64,000 bases of DNA from an uncultured Chthonomonadaceae bacterium (GCA_963835065.1 CAWIEK010000030.1:1-64000); one strand, 5' to 3'. Positions 20,144-31,581 are shown, numbered from the stretch's first letter. Translations and numbers: made by a program. The notes: generated by a model not told the origin, from the sequence alone.

Positions 20144-20336
20144 AATCTGTGATAGCAGGCAGGAGTTTACACCCCATCAGGTGAATATACTTTCGTGCTG
20201 CATTTCAACGCGCTCTGTCTGCTGTAAACGTTTTCTGCTCCCTCTCCCGGAAAACGTTCGATTGGCGCGATGCAAAAGCCGCCGCTATGTCGTTCCCCCT
20301 GTATTACCTGTTCTCTCATTCCAAAGGGCAACGATT

Positions 20337-20766
20337 ATGTACATTATGCGTTCTCGCCGCGGGTTTCTCGCGTCCACTCTGCTTGGTTTCACCTGCCTGC
20401 CAGCGCTCACAGGATGCAGCGGCGACGTCCGTGTCCTTCCTGATAAGTTTCTGGATACGGGTATTCAGGGGCAGGTGACGGATGGCCCTCTTACCCCGGT
20501 TGCGCAACAGGGACAAGCCAATACCGCCCCGCTTTCCGGCGCGATTATTACCGTTCTTGCCTCGAATGGGGCAGAAGCGGCGCGGGCAACAACCGATAAC
20601 TCCGGCAACTACAAGCTATTTTTGGTGGCGGGCACATACCAGGTTCAGGGGCTTGGCGTATCGCGGCTTGCAGGCCTTTCCCAAGCCTCCCTCGCCGCAG
20701 GCCATTATGGTTCCCAGCCATCAGATCGTGACGGTCAACGTTTCCTATGACACGGGCATCCGGTAA
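20337..20766 (+). CDS. Putative Tat lipoprotein with carboxypeptidase-regulatory-like domain (frameshift near 20660)
   Basis: SRRGFL...LTGC; TGIQGQV, TTDNSGNYKLFLVAGTYQV; C-terminus VSYDTGIR in shifted frame. Confidence 0.7.
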
Positions 20767-20792
20767 TTCCCTGAAAACATCCAGTGAAAACA

Positions 20793-21336
20793 TCAGGCGA
20801 TTTGTGTGGCGCGCTGAATGTTTGGGTCGCGTGAAAAGATCGAACTCGTCGCGGCTGCGGGTGGAAAACTCGCTGACAACCGCGCCCTCATCACCGCCCT
20901 GAAACCAGTGCGGCGTATTCGGGGGAATAGTGTACTGTTCGCCGGGTTTGAGAACGATTTCATGCCGCATGGTATAATGCGCTTCGCTTCCCTGCGGCGG
21001 CGCGGCTTTCGGGTCGGGCGTCGGTTCGCCGGGCACGTAAAGGTACACTTCGCCCCACCGGCAGCGAAACGTCTCCTCCTTGCCTTCTTCGCCATCAATG
21101 GGCGGATGCCAGTGTTCCGGGCAGGTCTGACGCGGAAACAGCACCAGTTCTTTGGCGCAGCAGCGGGCGGTATTGATGTACGTGACCAGTTCCAGCCCGG
21201 TGCGTTCCAGATCGCCCATGCCCAAGTCCGCGACTTCGATGTTGGCGCGTTCCGCTTCCGTCAGGATAATGCCCGCCCGCGTTAAATACGCAAACGCGCG
21301 TTCGCGGGCGTCCCTCAATTCTTGCTGCGTAATCAC
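20793..21336 (-). CDS. D-lyxose/D-mannose family sugar isomerase (frameshift near 20830)
   Basis: CAKELVLFPRQTCPEHWHP, KEETFRCRWG, HWFQ, SEFST; expected FTDPNIQR C-terminus needs one base removed. Confidence 0.88.
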
Positions 21337-21423
21337 AATTTCTTCTCCTTCAACGCTGACGGGAAATACCATTACCCACAAGCAGGCGTACAGCCTCAGC
21401 GCTTACGCGCCGCCCTTTGCCGT

Positions 21424-22722
21424 TTACGCCGTAATGGTTTCGCGGTTGTGCAGATAGGGACGCAGCGCGGCGGGAATGGTGATAGAGCCGTCCGCGTTCT
21501 GATAGTTTTCCAGTACGCCAATGACGATGCGGGGCAGGGCCAATCCCGATCCGTTAAGCGTGTGCGCAAACTCCGGTTTGGCCTGCGGTTCGGGACGATA
21601 GCGCAGGTTGATTCGCCGCGCCTGAAAATCGCGGAAGTTGGAGCAGGAGGACACTTCCAGCCACTCGCCGCCCTCTTCGCCCTTGCTCGCGGGCGCGTGT
21701 ATCTCTATGTCGAAAGTGACGGCGGACGCAAACGACAGGTCGCCCGTGCTTTGCATCACGATACGGTACGGCAATTCCAAACCCCGGCACACGTCTTCCG
21801 CGTTGTCTATCAAAGTCAGCAGTTCCTCATCCGAAGTTTGCGGCGTACACAGCTTGACCATTTCCACTTTGTCGAACTGATGCCCGCGCTTGATGCCGCG
21901 CACATCCCGCCCCGCCGACATTTTCTCGCGCCGGAAGCAGGGCGTATAAGCGACATAGTAGATGGGCAACTGCGCGGCTTCCAGAATTTCGTCCCGGTGC
22001 AGATTGGTAACGGGCACTTCAGCGGTGGGAACCATCCAGAAGTCGTCCTCAACGTCATGGTACAGGTTGTCGGCGAACTTGGGCAGTTGTCCCGTGCCGT
22101 ATAAACACTCCTGCTTGACAACAAACGGCGGATAAATCTCCGTATAGCCATGTTTTTCAATGTGCAGGTCGAGCATGTAGGCAATAAGAGCGCGCTGCAA
22201 GGCGGCTCCCGCGCCTTTCAGAACATAAAAGCGCGACCCGCTGATTTTGATGCCGCGCTCAATATCCAGTATCCCTAAGTTTGCGCCCAGTTCCCAATGC
22301 GGGCGCGGCGTAAAGTCGAAAGTACGGGTTGTGCCTTCAGTGCGCGTGACGATGTTGGCATGTTCGTCTTCTCCTTGCGGCACATCATCGCGCGGAATGT
22401 TGGCGAATTCCAGCAGCAGGGTTTGCAGGACGCGCTCCGCGTCACTGCGCCGCGCGTCTATTTCGCTGATCTCGTCGCCCAAACCGCGCAGGCTGGCCCG
22501 TTTCGCGTCCCTGTCTTCCGCGCTCAGGGTTTTCATGGCCGCGCCCATCTGCTTGGTGGCCGCGTTGAGTTCCGCCTTTTTCGCTTCCGCTTCGGTTTTC
22601 AGGGCGCGTACCTGCTCGTCCAGACTGCGCACCCGCTCCACGTCTTCCACATCGCCGCCGCGTTTGGCAACCCCGGCCTTAATCCGTTCCGGCTGTTCCC
22701 GAAACATGCGTACATCCAGCAT
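21424..22722 (-). CDS. serS: Serine--tRNA ligase
   Basis: GTGQLPKF, PTAEVP, FRRE, HQFDKVE, EVSSCSN, HTLNGSGLA. Confidence 0.97.
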   Translation of the reverse strand: MLDVRMFREQPERIKAGVAKRGGDVEDVERVRSLDEQVRALKTEAEAKKAELNAATKQMGAAMKTLSAEDRDAKRASLRGLGDEISEIDARRSDAERVLQTLLLEFANIPRDDVPQGEDEHANIVTRTEGTTRTFDFTPRPHWELGANLGILDIERGIKISGSRFYVLKGAGAALQRALIAYMLDLHIEKHGYTEIYPPFVVKQECLYGTGQLPKFADNLYHDVEDDFWMVPTAEVPVTNLHRDEILEAAQLPIYYVAYTPCFRREKMSAGRDVRGIKRGHQFDKVEMVKLCTPQTSDEELLTLIDNAEDVCRGLELPYRIVMQSTGDLSFASAVTFDIEIHAPASKGEEGGEWLEVSSCSNFRDFQARRINLRYRPEPQAKPEFAHTLNGSGLALPRIVIGVLENYQNADGSITIPAALRPYLHNRETITA

Positions 22723-22845
22723 CCGTTTTCTCCACCCTTCATCTTTGCTTTTGGCAACTTTACCTGAATATGGTTTTGACAGCGGTTTCCGCCGTATAGT
22801 TGCGTAATTCTGGCTTTCACTGTCGGGCGCGTTCAACCAATTCGT

Positions 22846-22972
22846 GCCAGGTGTTGAAAACACCTGTCTTGATGGCGTTCCGCCAAGCGTTCTACGGACG
22901 CAGCAACGTTGTTAGAATTGTGCGTCCGCAGGACGCTTGCACTTTCCTGCCGGGGATTTTCAATCCCCGGAG
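22846..22972. repeat. REPIN-like element: two inverted REP units
   Basis: CAGGTGTTGAAAACACCTG...CAAGCGTTCTACGGACGCA / TGCGTCCGCAGGACGCTTG...CCGGGGATTTTCAATCCCCGG; right unit recurs at 37277, 38368 and 49509. Confidence 0.75.
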
Positions 22973-22973
22973 C

Positions 22974-23486
22974 CTATTCTTCCCGCGTATAGTCGCCGGA
23001 TTTGCCGCCGGATTTGTGTTCCAGGCGTATGTCGGTAATGACGGCGGCTTTGTCTACGGCTTTTACCATGTCGTACAGGGTCAGGGCGGCAAGGGATACG
23101 GCGGTCAGGGCTTCCATTTCCACGCCCGTTTTGCCTGTAACAACAACTTCCGCTTCGATGTGGACGCCTTCCTCCACAATCGTTAAATCTACGCGCACTT
23201 TGGTAATGGGCAGCGGGTGACAAAGGGGAATCAAATCACTGGTTCGCTTGGCGGCTAAGATGCCGGCAATTCGCGCCACGCCGAGCGCATCGCCTTTGGG
23301 AATGTTGTTGTCGCGCAAAAGAGCAACGGTGTCGGGCGCGAGCAAAACGCGCCCGCGCGCAATGGCGCGGCGCGAAGTTTCGGATTTTGCTGTTACATCC
23401 ACCATTTGCGCGTGGCCCTGCGCGTCTAAATGCGTTAATTGCGCTTCATGCGTTAATTGCGCTTCGGGTTTTGATGTGTCTTCCAT
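22974..23486 (-). CDS. moaC: Cyclic pyranopterin monophosphate synthase
   Basis: [38 protein letters not shown]. Confidence 0.96.
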   Translation of the reverse strand: MEDTSKPEAQLTHEAQLTHLDAQGHAQMVDVTAKSETSRRAIARGRVLLAPDTVALLRDNNIPKGDALGVARIAGILAAKRTSDLIPLCHPLPITKVRVDLTIVEEGVHIEAEVVVTGKTGVEMEALTAVSLAALTLYDMVKAVDKAAVITDIRLEHKSGGKSGDYTREE

Positions 23487-23685
23487 AACGGTTAGTTCCC
23501 TGTCCGGCGGTCGTTTTCCTGCCGCCGTTCTAAAAGCGCTCCTGACACGATACCTTCCATCCAAAGATAATTTACCTTACAACACTGTTGACCGTTGCCC
23601 TTGTAGAATTGACACGGCTCCGCGCGCCTTGCTATAATGCTGCATATCGGAATGAGCCGGGAATAAGGACGCGACACGACGTACA

Positions 23686-24639
23686 ATGGAGGAAGCGATT
23701 ATGCCGCCACTGGAAGAACTACAGCTGACCCTTGAGGAATTAATAAGGCCGGTGCAGGGGATTATGGGCGTCTGCGTCCGGGATGTGGAAAGCGGGCAGG
23801 AGATCGGCGTTCGGCTGGACGAACTTCTGCCGATGGCAAGCGTGTGCAAAATTCCGATTCTGGTAACAGCCTACCGCCGCCACGAGCGGGGCGAACTGGA
23901 TTTGGCGGAGCGGGTCGAAATCACGGAAGATACGCGCTGCTTCGGAAGCGGCTTGTTCAACGTTTTCGACCTCGGCCTGCGCCCGACCCTTCACGACCTG
24001 CTTCTGATGATGATCGTGGTGTCCGACAATGCCGCAACGGATATGATCTTGCAGCGATTGGACGCGGACGAGGTAACGCAAGCGATGCAGGCATTGGGAC
24101 TGAAGAACATTCGCGTGGAACGTACAATCGCGCGACTGCTCGGCGATTACTTCACGGCCTTCGATCCCGGCCTTGCCGACATGAAGTACGGGGAATGGGA
24201 CACGTATTGCGAACGTATTCCCGGCCTGAAAGAACGCGGCGAAGACCCGGAGGCCATACGGGAAGCCGTCAACAAAGCGGCAACGGAGCGCGATACCGCC
24301 ACTGTCCGCGATATGGCGCATTTGTGCGCGCAGATTGTGCAAAATCAGTGCGCCGGGGAAGCGTCCTGCGAAGCCATGCTGGAAATTCTGAACAAGCAGC
24401 AATTAAACAGCCGCCTGCCGCGCCATTTGCCGCCGTTCACCAAGTTTCCGCACAAGACCGGCACGCTGGGCTGCGGAGCCGTTGTCAACGACGCGGGCAT
24501 TTTGTATCTGGACGGCAAACCGGCAGCGGCCATTGCCGTTCTCAGCCGCGATGTCCGCGATTTGCAGTACGAAACGGAAACCACCCTCGCCAAAATCGGA
24601 CGCGCCGTATACGACTTCTACCGCAACGTATCTATATGA
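23686..24639 (+). CDS. Class A beta-lactamase-like serine hydrolase
   Basis: ASVCK, SDN, HKTG; no signal peptide. Confidence 0.88.
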   Translation: MEEAIMPPLEELQLTLEELIRPVQGIMGVCVRDVESGQEIGVRLDELLPMASVCKIPILVTAYRRHERGELDLAERVEITEDTRCFGSGLFNVFDLGLRPTLHDLLLMMIVVSDNAATDMILQRLDADEVTQAMQALGLKNIRVERTIARLLGDYFTAFDPGLADMKYGEWDTYCERIPGLKERGEDPEAIREAVNKAATERDTATVRDMAHLCAQIVQNQCAGEASCEAMLEILNKQQLNSRLPRHLPPFTKFPHKTGTLGCGAVVNDAGILYLDGKPAAAIAVLSRDVRDLQYETETTLAKIGRAVYDFYRNVSI

Positions 24640-24756
24640 TGCTCTGCCTGTCCCGCAGCATTCAGTGGAATTCTTTTTATTTTTTTTTTTTTTGTTATTT
24701 TGAGTTCTTTTCGTCTTGGTTGGCGTTTTTCGCGGTTTCTTCCTGTCTGCCCTGCC

Positions 24757-25683
24757 TTACACAGCAAAGGCGTTCGGCGGCAGGAGGGCGTGAACGCCGC
24801 GAACGTCGTTAACAATTTGCGTGATGCGCAGGTCTACCACAAGGCTGGCAAGGGCAAGGGCTTCCAGTCGGGAAAGGTTGTGTATTTCGCCCATCAGTTC
24901 CAGCATGGCGTTCAGGGCGGTATGCGTAGCCGCGTTCAAATCGCGGTCGAAGCCGAACGTGAGCCAGCCGGCAGGAGTATGGGCGCGGGGCGTCGTCAGC
25001 GACATATTCTCATGCAGCGTGAACGTCAAATCCACGCGCTCCATCGGGCACTCAATGGCGATGCCGCTGACTTCGCCATCCCCCTGCGCGCCGTGTCCAT
25101 CCCCGACCGAAAACAAGCCGCCCGCAACCCCAATCGGCAGGTACAAGCGGCTGTCCGCGACCAGTTCTTTACAATCCATATTGCCGCCCGTAATGCGCGG
25201 CGGCGTGGTGGATTGGAGGCCGGGTTCATCTGCGGGCATTCCCATCACGCCCATAAACGGACGCGAGGGAACCCGATGTCCCAATTGATTGCGCCAACTG
25301 TTTTGTTCCGGTTCCCGATACCACTCAACGCGCAGTTCTTCGCCTTCCGCAACGCCGAGCGCCAGATTTGTCGGCGACGGCCAGCCGCCCGCCGCCTGCC
25401 AGCCCCACGCTCCCGGCTCAATCGCGTCTATACCGATTTCCAGCGTCATGCCCGGCTGCGCGCCCGCAATCGCAATCGGCCCGCACAGCGCGTGGCCGTT
25501 ATCGGTTTCAGGATCGCGCGGCTCAAACTTGGCGCGGGGCAGTTCCGGCCCGTCCAGCCCCCAGCCCGCGTCTAAGGTGCGAAAGCGAACCGTATCTCCC
25601 GATGCAATGGTCAGTATGGGCGCGCGGTCTCGCAAAAACGCGCCGTGCAGGGTACGGCGTTCCGGTTCTATGGTATGCAGCAT
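24757..25683 (-). CDS. Acetamidase/formamidase family protein
   Basis: GHALCGPI, PFMGVMG, GGNMDC, GDGHGAQGDGEVSGIAIE. Confidence 0.92.
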   Translation of the reverse strand: MLHTIEPERRTLHGAFLRDRAPILTIASGDTVRFRTLDAGWGLDGPELPRAKFEPRDPETDNGHALCGPIAIAGAQPGMTLEIGIDAIEPGAWGWQAAGGWPSPTNLALGVAEGEELRVEWYREPEQNSWRNQLGHRVPSRPFMGVMGMPADEPGLQSTTPPRITGGNMDCKELVADSRLYLPIGVAGGLFSVGDGHGAQGDGEVSGIAIECPMERVDLTFTLHENMSLTTPRAHTPAGWLTFGFDRDLNAATHTALNAMLELMGEIHNLSRLEALALASLVVDLRITQIVNDVRGVHALLPPNAFAV

Positions 25684-25695
25684 GTGCCAGCCTTT

Positions 25696-26580
25696 CTACG
25701 CTTCTTCCAGTTTCATGTCCGCCAGCGTGTCCGCCGTTACAAAACGCTCTCCCAGCCTTTCCAACTCGGCCTCATCCGTGATGCCGCGCATTTTAATTTC
25801 GATCTGCTCCGGCAACTCGCCGAACTTCTTACGCATTTGCTTGAGCAGCATATTCTGCGCGCCTTTTATTACGCCACGCTCTTCATAAATGCTTACCATC
25901 TCTCTTACCTCCGGTTCATCGGATTGCGATACAAGGCGTTCAAACTCCGCTTGTTCTTCCCCGTTCAATGTCAGATATGTCTCAATCACATTCGTGAGCA
26001 GCACTTGCCGCGCTTCATCTACGGGACTATGGATTATACGCTGTAGGCTGGCGATTTTCTGCGCGGCGCGTCCGAGGCTTGCCGGTTTCATCAGGGCGCT
26101 TAATGCCGGAGCAAGCGGGTTGTCGCTTTGCAAGTAGTCGTCGGCTTGCAGTTCCGGCAGGCCGATGGCCGCGTAAGTGAACATCAGAATGTTCGCACCG
26201 AACAGGCTTTCTGTATAGGTTTCCTGAGTGATGCCGCCTGTTCCCGGCACAATGTAGAGCGCGATGGGGAACACGGGCAGTTTGTAGCGCAGGCGCAGCA
26301 GCATGTAATACTCGAACACGCGGAAGCGCACCTCATTGCGGCGTACAGATTGCGTTTCCACATGGATGAGTACCAGTTCCGGGTCGCCGTCAAGGGTGGG
26401 CACGAGCGCAACGGTGTCGGCGCGGCGAACGCTGCCTTCCGGCACATCCGTGAACAGTTCCGTGTTCGGGAACGTCGCCTGCTCCCAATCCAGGCGGGCG
26501 GCAACCTGCGGATAGAACAGTTCCATGAACTCACGCAGAAACGCGCGCAGCAGTTCCTTAAAGAGTTGATCGTGTGCCAT
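25696..26580 (-). CDS. Rpn family recombination-promoting nuclease/putative transposase with DUF4351-like C-terminus
   Basis: HDQLFKELL..F, RRAD, LIHVETQS, C-terminal RKKFGELP...LERLGERF. Confidence 0.85.
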   Translation of the reverse strand: MAHDQLFKELLRAFLREFMELFYPQVAARLDWEQATFPNTELFTDVPEGSVRRADTVALVPTLDGDPELVLIHVETQSVRRNEVRFRVFEYYMLLRLRYKLPVFPIALYIVPGTGGITQETYTESLFGANILMFTYAAIGLPELQADDYLQSDNPLAPALSALMKPASLGRAAQKIASLQRIIHSPVDEARQVLLTNVIETYLTLNGEEQAEFERLVSQSDEPEVREMVSIYEERGVIKGAQNMLLKQMRKKFGELPEQIEIKMRGITDEAELERLGERFVTADTLADMKLEEA

Positions 26581-26703
26581 ACATGGATATTCGCCGTAAC
26601 AAGGGTGTTTTTCCTTCTTGATGCAAGCTTGATGCAAGAAAAGCCGTTCGCAATCCACTGTCAGGACTGCGAACGGCTAAACTGCTATGAGAAAGAAATA
26701 AAT

Positions 26704-27980
26704 CTACTGTGACAACAAAACAGGCTTGCCTTTTGCGCTATTCGTCGCGCCCATACGCTCACCGTGTTTTGAAGATGCAACCCCAGGATGTGTGGCGTAG
26801 ATGTTGCCATCCAGGGAGCCGACGAACACCATGCCGTCCGCGCTGACAACCGGCGAACTCTGGATGCCGCCACCGGTCAACAATTCCCACTTTCTTGCGC
26901 CGGTTCTGCCGTTTAACGCATACAGTTTCTTGTCATAGGAACCGACGTAAACCGTTCCATCCGCCCCGATTGCAGGTGACGCCTGAATGTGTTGGCCGGT
27001 TTTGAATGTCCAGCGAATCTTGCCTGTTCTCTTGTCCAGCGCGTATAGTTTTCCATCGCCACAGCCAATGTAAAGCAGCTTGTTTGTTCCCACTGCGGGC
27101 GAAGCGAAAACGTAGGCAGGCAACCGCGTTTTCCAGTGCGGAGAACCTGTTTTCGCATCCAGCGCGACGATGCTTGCGCTGTTGTTTTTGGTGGCGTCTT
27201 TGATAATAAAGGCTGCGTAGATGACGTCATCATTATCAAGCGCGGGCGTACTAGGGGAGAACTGGCTGTCAGCAGCCTTGTACGTCCATGCCGGTTTACC
27301 GTCCTTGCGGCGAAGGGCATGAAGCGTTCCCCAGTTCTGGCAATAAACCAGGCCGTTCCTGCCAACAACGGGCGAGGACTCGATGCCATGTTTTGCGCCG
27401 AAAGTCCATTGCGGCTTTCCCGTATGCGTATTCAGCGCATACAGGGTTCCGTTCCCGCAGCCGATGTAAACTCGCCCCTCGGCGTCCAAAGTGGGCGTTG
27501 ACTCGATATGCTGCGCTGCCTTGAACCGCCAGCGCATGCTTCCTTTACGCGCTGCAGCGCGTAAAGGAAGGCATCTGCTCCTCCAATGTAGAGACTGCTT
27601 TCTTCGCCGAGTATCGGACTGCCATTAAATAAAGGGCAGTCGGAGAATTCCCACTTTCTTTCACCCGTTGCCGCATTTAGCGCTTCCAGGCGGCGGTTTG
27701 CGACATAAATAATCCCTTTGTCATTGAGAGCCGGAGACGTTAATATCCCTTTATATTGTATTTTCTCCGGTACGGTTGCATGAATCCAGGCAATTGAAGA
27801 ACCAGGCGCCCGCCATAAACTTTGTCCCGTATTGCGTGTGTTCCCACGCAAACAGGGCCACACTCCGCGAGAAATTCCTGAAGGGCGCGTGTTCTGCGCG
27901 ACAGCAGGAATGGTGAAGCAGTTCAAAAGCGTCAAGCATACGCCTGGCGTTAGAACTGCGCTCTGCCGTATCATATTCAT
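26704..27980 (-). pseudogene. Exported PQQ-like (BamB-type) beta-propeller, frameshifted near 27545
   Basis: Repeated SSPxxGxDGxVYVGSxDxxLYAL..TG..W; the two ORFs join with one added base. Confidence 0.8.
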
Positions 27981-28104
27981 TGCTCCAAACTCAACCCCCA
28001 TCTTGGAGGTTAGGATGTGAGTAGATGCTGGAAGCCTGCTGCCAATCTCGGCGTCGGAGTAGGGATTGGCAGCATTGCGCGTCCCGTATGTCTTGAGCAT
28101 AGGA

Positions 28105-28666
28105 CTACAGAGAGAAAGAAACGAGGGCATTTGCTGTCATAGCATTGTTGCCTTGCGGTATTGTGCCGTTAAGGGTAGTTGTGCAATTCAACTTCATCGT
28201 GAGAGTCTGGTCTGTGGCGAGTGTTCCATTGGCGCTGCCCGAATTGGGATTGTTAATTGGGATTGTTATAGGAGACCCCATTCATGCCACTGCCACTCGT
28301 GAAAAGATCATTGAAGGGCGACTTCACGGTCACATCGCTGGCGGCAGATGTGCTTCCGCCGGCAATGGATACGGACGATCCCTGCGCCCGTATGTTCGCA
28401 TAGATCAAAGGGAAAGTAGACGGGCTGCCGCCACCACTCCAGACAAGGTGAGTGGTGTAGGTAACGGACACGCTGTTGTTGCCCGGTCCAAGGTAGCATC
28501 CGCACCCGGTGTTGTTGCAGCCGATGGAAGGAGGGAAGCCACTGCTGCTATCAATGGTGTAGCTTGGAGTTGTGAACGACCATGATCCCTGCGCGGAAGA
28601 ACAGCGTGGGAAAAGGAGATATAGGAAAGCGAAACAGGCAAACGCGCACAATTTGAACAAGTTCAT
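28105..28666 (-). pseudogene. Exported hypothetical protein interrupted by a 13-bp tandem duplication
   Basis: Signal peptide and RBS; removing one ATTGGGATTGTTA copy gives a 183-codon frame ending at 28105. Confidence 0.6.
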
Positions 28667-29193
28667 TGCGATTTCTCCCTTGAAAGAGCGAACATCAAGA
28701 TTCAGACTGATGATTGCAGTCTTGTGGAAGCACCGCAATAGGTGGAGAACGAGCAGAGGCATGTACAGCGCGAGGATTTAGCAGGCCGCGCCGTTGCCGG
28801 AGGCGCAGGCCGCCGTTGCCGGGGATAGATGCAGAGATAAGAAGGCCTGTTGCTTTTCGACATCAGGGTGTCACCTATCATTGAACCGATGTACAATGCA
28901 GAAAAGAAGATGGCCTCATTATAACCGAACTTTCGAGTTTCTGCCATAAAATTTTCTAACTTTTACCACATTTCAGCGTTAAATTTTCCAATTTCTCGCA
29001 TAATCTTTGCTTGCATCGCACAGTATTTAGAGGTCGTTCCGGCGTACTCGCTTTCACCGGTTTGTTGCAGGCGTGTTTAGCGTTTGTCCTTCCCATAACG
29101 AGAAGTTCAGTAGCGTTAAAGAACGCGAAACGTTAGCGCGTGAAGCAGGTTCTACGCCCATTCCTTCCCGTCGTGTGATACAATAAGGTACTT

Positions 29194-31581
29194 ATGGACG
29201 CACATTCTTTACACATTCTTGAATATAAAAAAGTGCTGGATCGGCTCGTCGTACATACCAGCAACGGCATCGGGCGCGAGTTTGCGCGGCAGTTGGAGCC
29301 GCTGCCCTACCCCGAAACCGTGACGCGCCGATTGCAGGAAACCCGCGAAGCCCGCGAGCTGCGCGACAAAGATTCCGGCCTGCCGCTTGGCGGCATCCAC
29401 GACATTCGCGCCACTGCCGAACGCGCCCGCATCCAGACCCGCCTGACCGGGCATGAACTGCTCACGGTCATGCACACGGTTGCGGCGGCGCGGCGCATGC
29501 GTATGTTCCTGCTCAACCGGCAAGACAAAGCGCCCCTACTGGCTGAAATGGCGACCAACCTGCCGATTTTGCAGATCGTGGAATCGCGCATCGAATCCAG
29601 CATCAGCGAATCGGGTGACGTGCGCGACTCGGCTTCCCCGGAATTGGGACGATTGCGCAGCGCCATCAAAATCGCCAGCGCCCGCCTGACCGACCGCCTG
29701 CAAAGCATTTTGAGCAGCGAGCGAACGCGGACGTTTATTCAGGACGCGGTTGTCACGGTGCGCGAGGGGCGGTACTGTATCCCGGTCAAGGCTGAGTACG
29801 CCAAAGCGTTCGGCGGCATCGTGCATGACGCCAGTCAGTCGGGCGCGACGGTATTCATCGAGCCGCAGGGCACGGTAGATTTGGGCAACGAACTCAAGCA
29901 GCTGAACATCAAGGAAGAGCAGGAAGTTTCGCGCATTTTGGGCGAACTTGGCGGGCTTGTCGGCAGCTTTTACGACGAATTGCAGCGCGTGATATCCATT
30001 TTGGGCCACCTGGATGTGATTCACGCCAAAGCCATTCTCGCAGAAGAGATGGACGGCATTGAGCCAAAGTTGAACCGGCGCGGGATCGTGAAATTGTACG
30101 ACGCCCGTCACCCGCTTCTGCCCGGCAAAGTGGTTCCAATTGACGTGGAATTGGGCGAAAAGTTTACCACGCTGCTGATTACGGGTCCGAACACGGGCGG
30201 CAAAACCGTCACGCTGAAAACGCTCGGATTGTTGACATTAATGACGCTTGCAGGGATGCAGATACCCGCCGGGCCGGAAAGCGAAATCGCCCTGTTCGAT
30301 CAAGTGTACGCGGATATTGGCGACGAGCAGGACATTCAGCAGTCGCTTTCTACGTTCAGCGCGCACCTGAAAAATATCGTGCGGATTATGGACACGATTG
30401 GTAATAACGCCCTTGTGCTGCTCGATGAAGTGGGTTCGGGAACCGACCCCGCCGAGGGAGCCGCGCTTGCCAAATCCCTCCTTGACAACCTCATGGCGCG
30501 TAATGCCCGCGTTGTCGCCACCACCCACTACGGCGAATTGAAAGAGTACGCTTACGCTCGCCCCGGCATCGAAAACGCTAGCGTAGAATTCGATAAAGAG
30601 TCGCTGTCGCCCACGTACCGCATTTTGCAGGGCGTTCCCGGCATGTCCAACGCCTTTTACATCGCGGCGCGGCTGGGTATGTCGGACGAGATTATCGAAG
30701 ATGCCCGCGCCTTTCTGTCCCGGCGTGAAATCGAAACGGGGGAACTGCTCCAGCAGATAGAGTCGAGCCGACGGCAGGCGAAGCAGGCGGAACGGGACGC
30801 CTTGCAGGCGCGCGAGGACGCGACCAAAGCGCGGGACGAGTACCAGAAGCGCGTTCAGCAGATCGCGGACGTGCAGCGCACCGTTCGGCAGGAAGCGCAG
30901 GAAGAAGCGCGAACCATTCTGCGCCGCGCAACCGACAAAGCCGAAAACATCCTCAAGGACTTGCAGCGGCTGAACAAAAGCGCGCGAACCGGCACAACGG
31001 CGCGTAAAAAACTGAACACGCTGCGCTCCGAAACGTATGGCGCGCTCGACTCGCAAACCGAACTGCCGCAGGAGGATTTGGCTCCCGTGGAAGCGGGACA
31101 TCAGTACCGGCAGGGCGACCGGGTGCGCGTGATGACCTTGAACATGGACGGGCAATTGCTGGAAACGCCCCGTGACGGCGTGGTTGCGGTACAAATCGGC
31201 AACATGCGCGCGACCCTGCCCCTCGAACAACTGCGCCCGCTAAAGAAAGTGGAAGCGCGGGAAGTGGAGCGCAAAGCCGCCATGCAGCCGGCGGGAACAT
31301 CGGGCGTGGGCGAGATCGCCATGCGCAAGCAGCTTCACATCTCGCCCGAACTGATGCTCCGCGCCATGCGGGCCGATGAAGCGCAGTCCCTTCTGGACAA
31401 GTACGTAGACGATGCCTTCGCCGCGGGACTCAATCAGGCGCGCATCGTTCACGGCAAGGGCACGGGCGCCTTGCGCAAGGTGGTGCAGGAGTACCTGAGC
31501 GGACACCCGGCAGTGGCTTCCTTCCGGTTAGGCAAGGAAGACGAGGGCGGCGACGGCACTACCATCGTCACGTTTAAATAA
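29194..31581 (+). CDS. mutS2: Endonuclease MutS2
   Basis: GIVHDASQSGATVFIEP, TGPNTGGKT, LLDEVGSGTDP, KOW-like segment, Smr HGKGTG. Confidence 0.97.
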   Translation: MDAHSLHILEYKKVLDRLVVHTSNGIGREFARQLEPLPYPETVTRRLQETREARELRDKDSGLPLGGIHDIRATAERARIQTRLTGHELLTVMHTVAAARRMRMFLLNRQDKAPLLAEMATNLPILQIVESRIESSISESGDVRDSASPELGRLRSAIKIASARLTDRLQSILSSERTRTFIQDAVVTVREGRYCIPVKAEYAKAFGGIVHDASQSGATVFIEPQGTVDLGNELKQLNIKEEQEVSRILGELGGLVGSFYDELQRVISILGHLDVIHAKAILAEEMDGIEPKLNRRGIVKLYDARHPLLPGKVVPIDVELGEKFTTLLITGPNTGGKTVTLKTLGLLTLMTLAGMQIPAGPESEIALFDQVYADIGDEQDIQQSLSTFSAHLKNIVRIMDTIGNNALVLLDEVGSGTDPAEGAALAKSLLDNLMARNARVVATTHYGELKEYAYARPGIENASVEFDKESLSPTYRILQGVPGMSNAFYIAARLGMSDEIIEDARAFLSRREIETGELLQQIESSRRQAKQAERDALQAREDATKARDEYQKRVQQIADVQRTVRQEAQEEARTILRRATDKAENILKDLQRLNKSARTGTTARKKLNTLRSETYGALDSQTELPQEDLAPVEAGHQYRQGDRVRVMTLNMDGQLLETPRDGVVAVQIGNMRATLPLEQLRPLKKVEAREVERKAAMQPAGTSGVGEIAMRKQLHISPELMLRAMRADEAQSLLDKYVDDAFAAGLNQARIVHGKGTGALRKVVQEYLSGHPAVASFRLGKEDEGGDGTTIVTFK

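Noticed and set aside
22723..22973. T-box leader for serS
   Set aside because: No T-box consensus recognised; region explained by the REPIN-like doublet
23430..23466. 18-bp duplication (EAQLTH x2) at the moaC N-terminus
   Set aside because: In frame in a variable terminus; likely neutral slippage
23686..24639. Antibiotic-resistance beta-lactamase
   Set aside because: No signal peptide and no clear omega-loop ExxLN motif; generic family member
24672..24735. 14-T run and T-rich tract as a phase-variation site
   Set aside because: Lies between convergent 3' ends, not in a promoter or CDS; may be low-quality sequence
25696..26580. Rpn gene as an autonomous IS
   Set aside because: No terminal inverted repeats or target duplication seen
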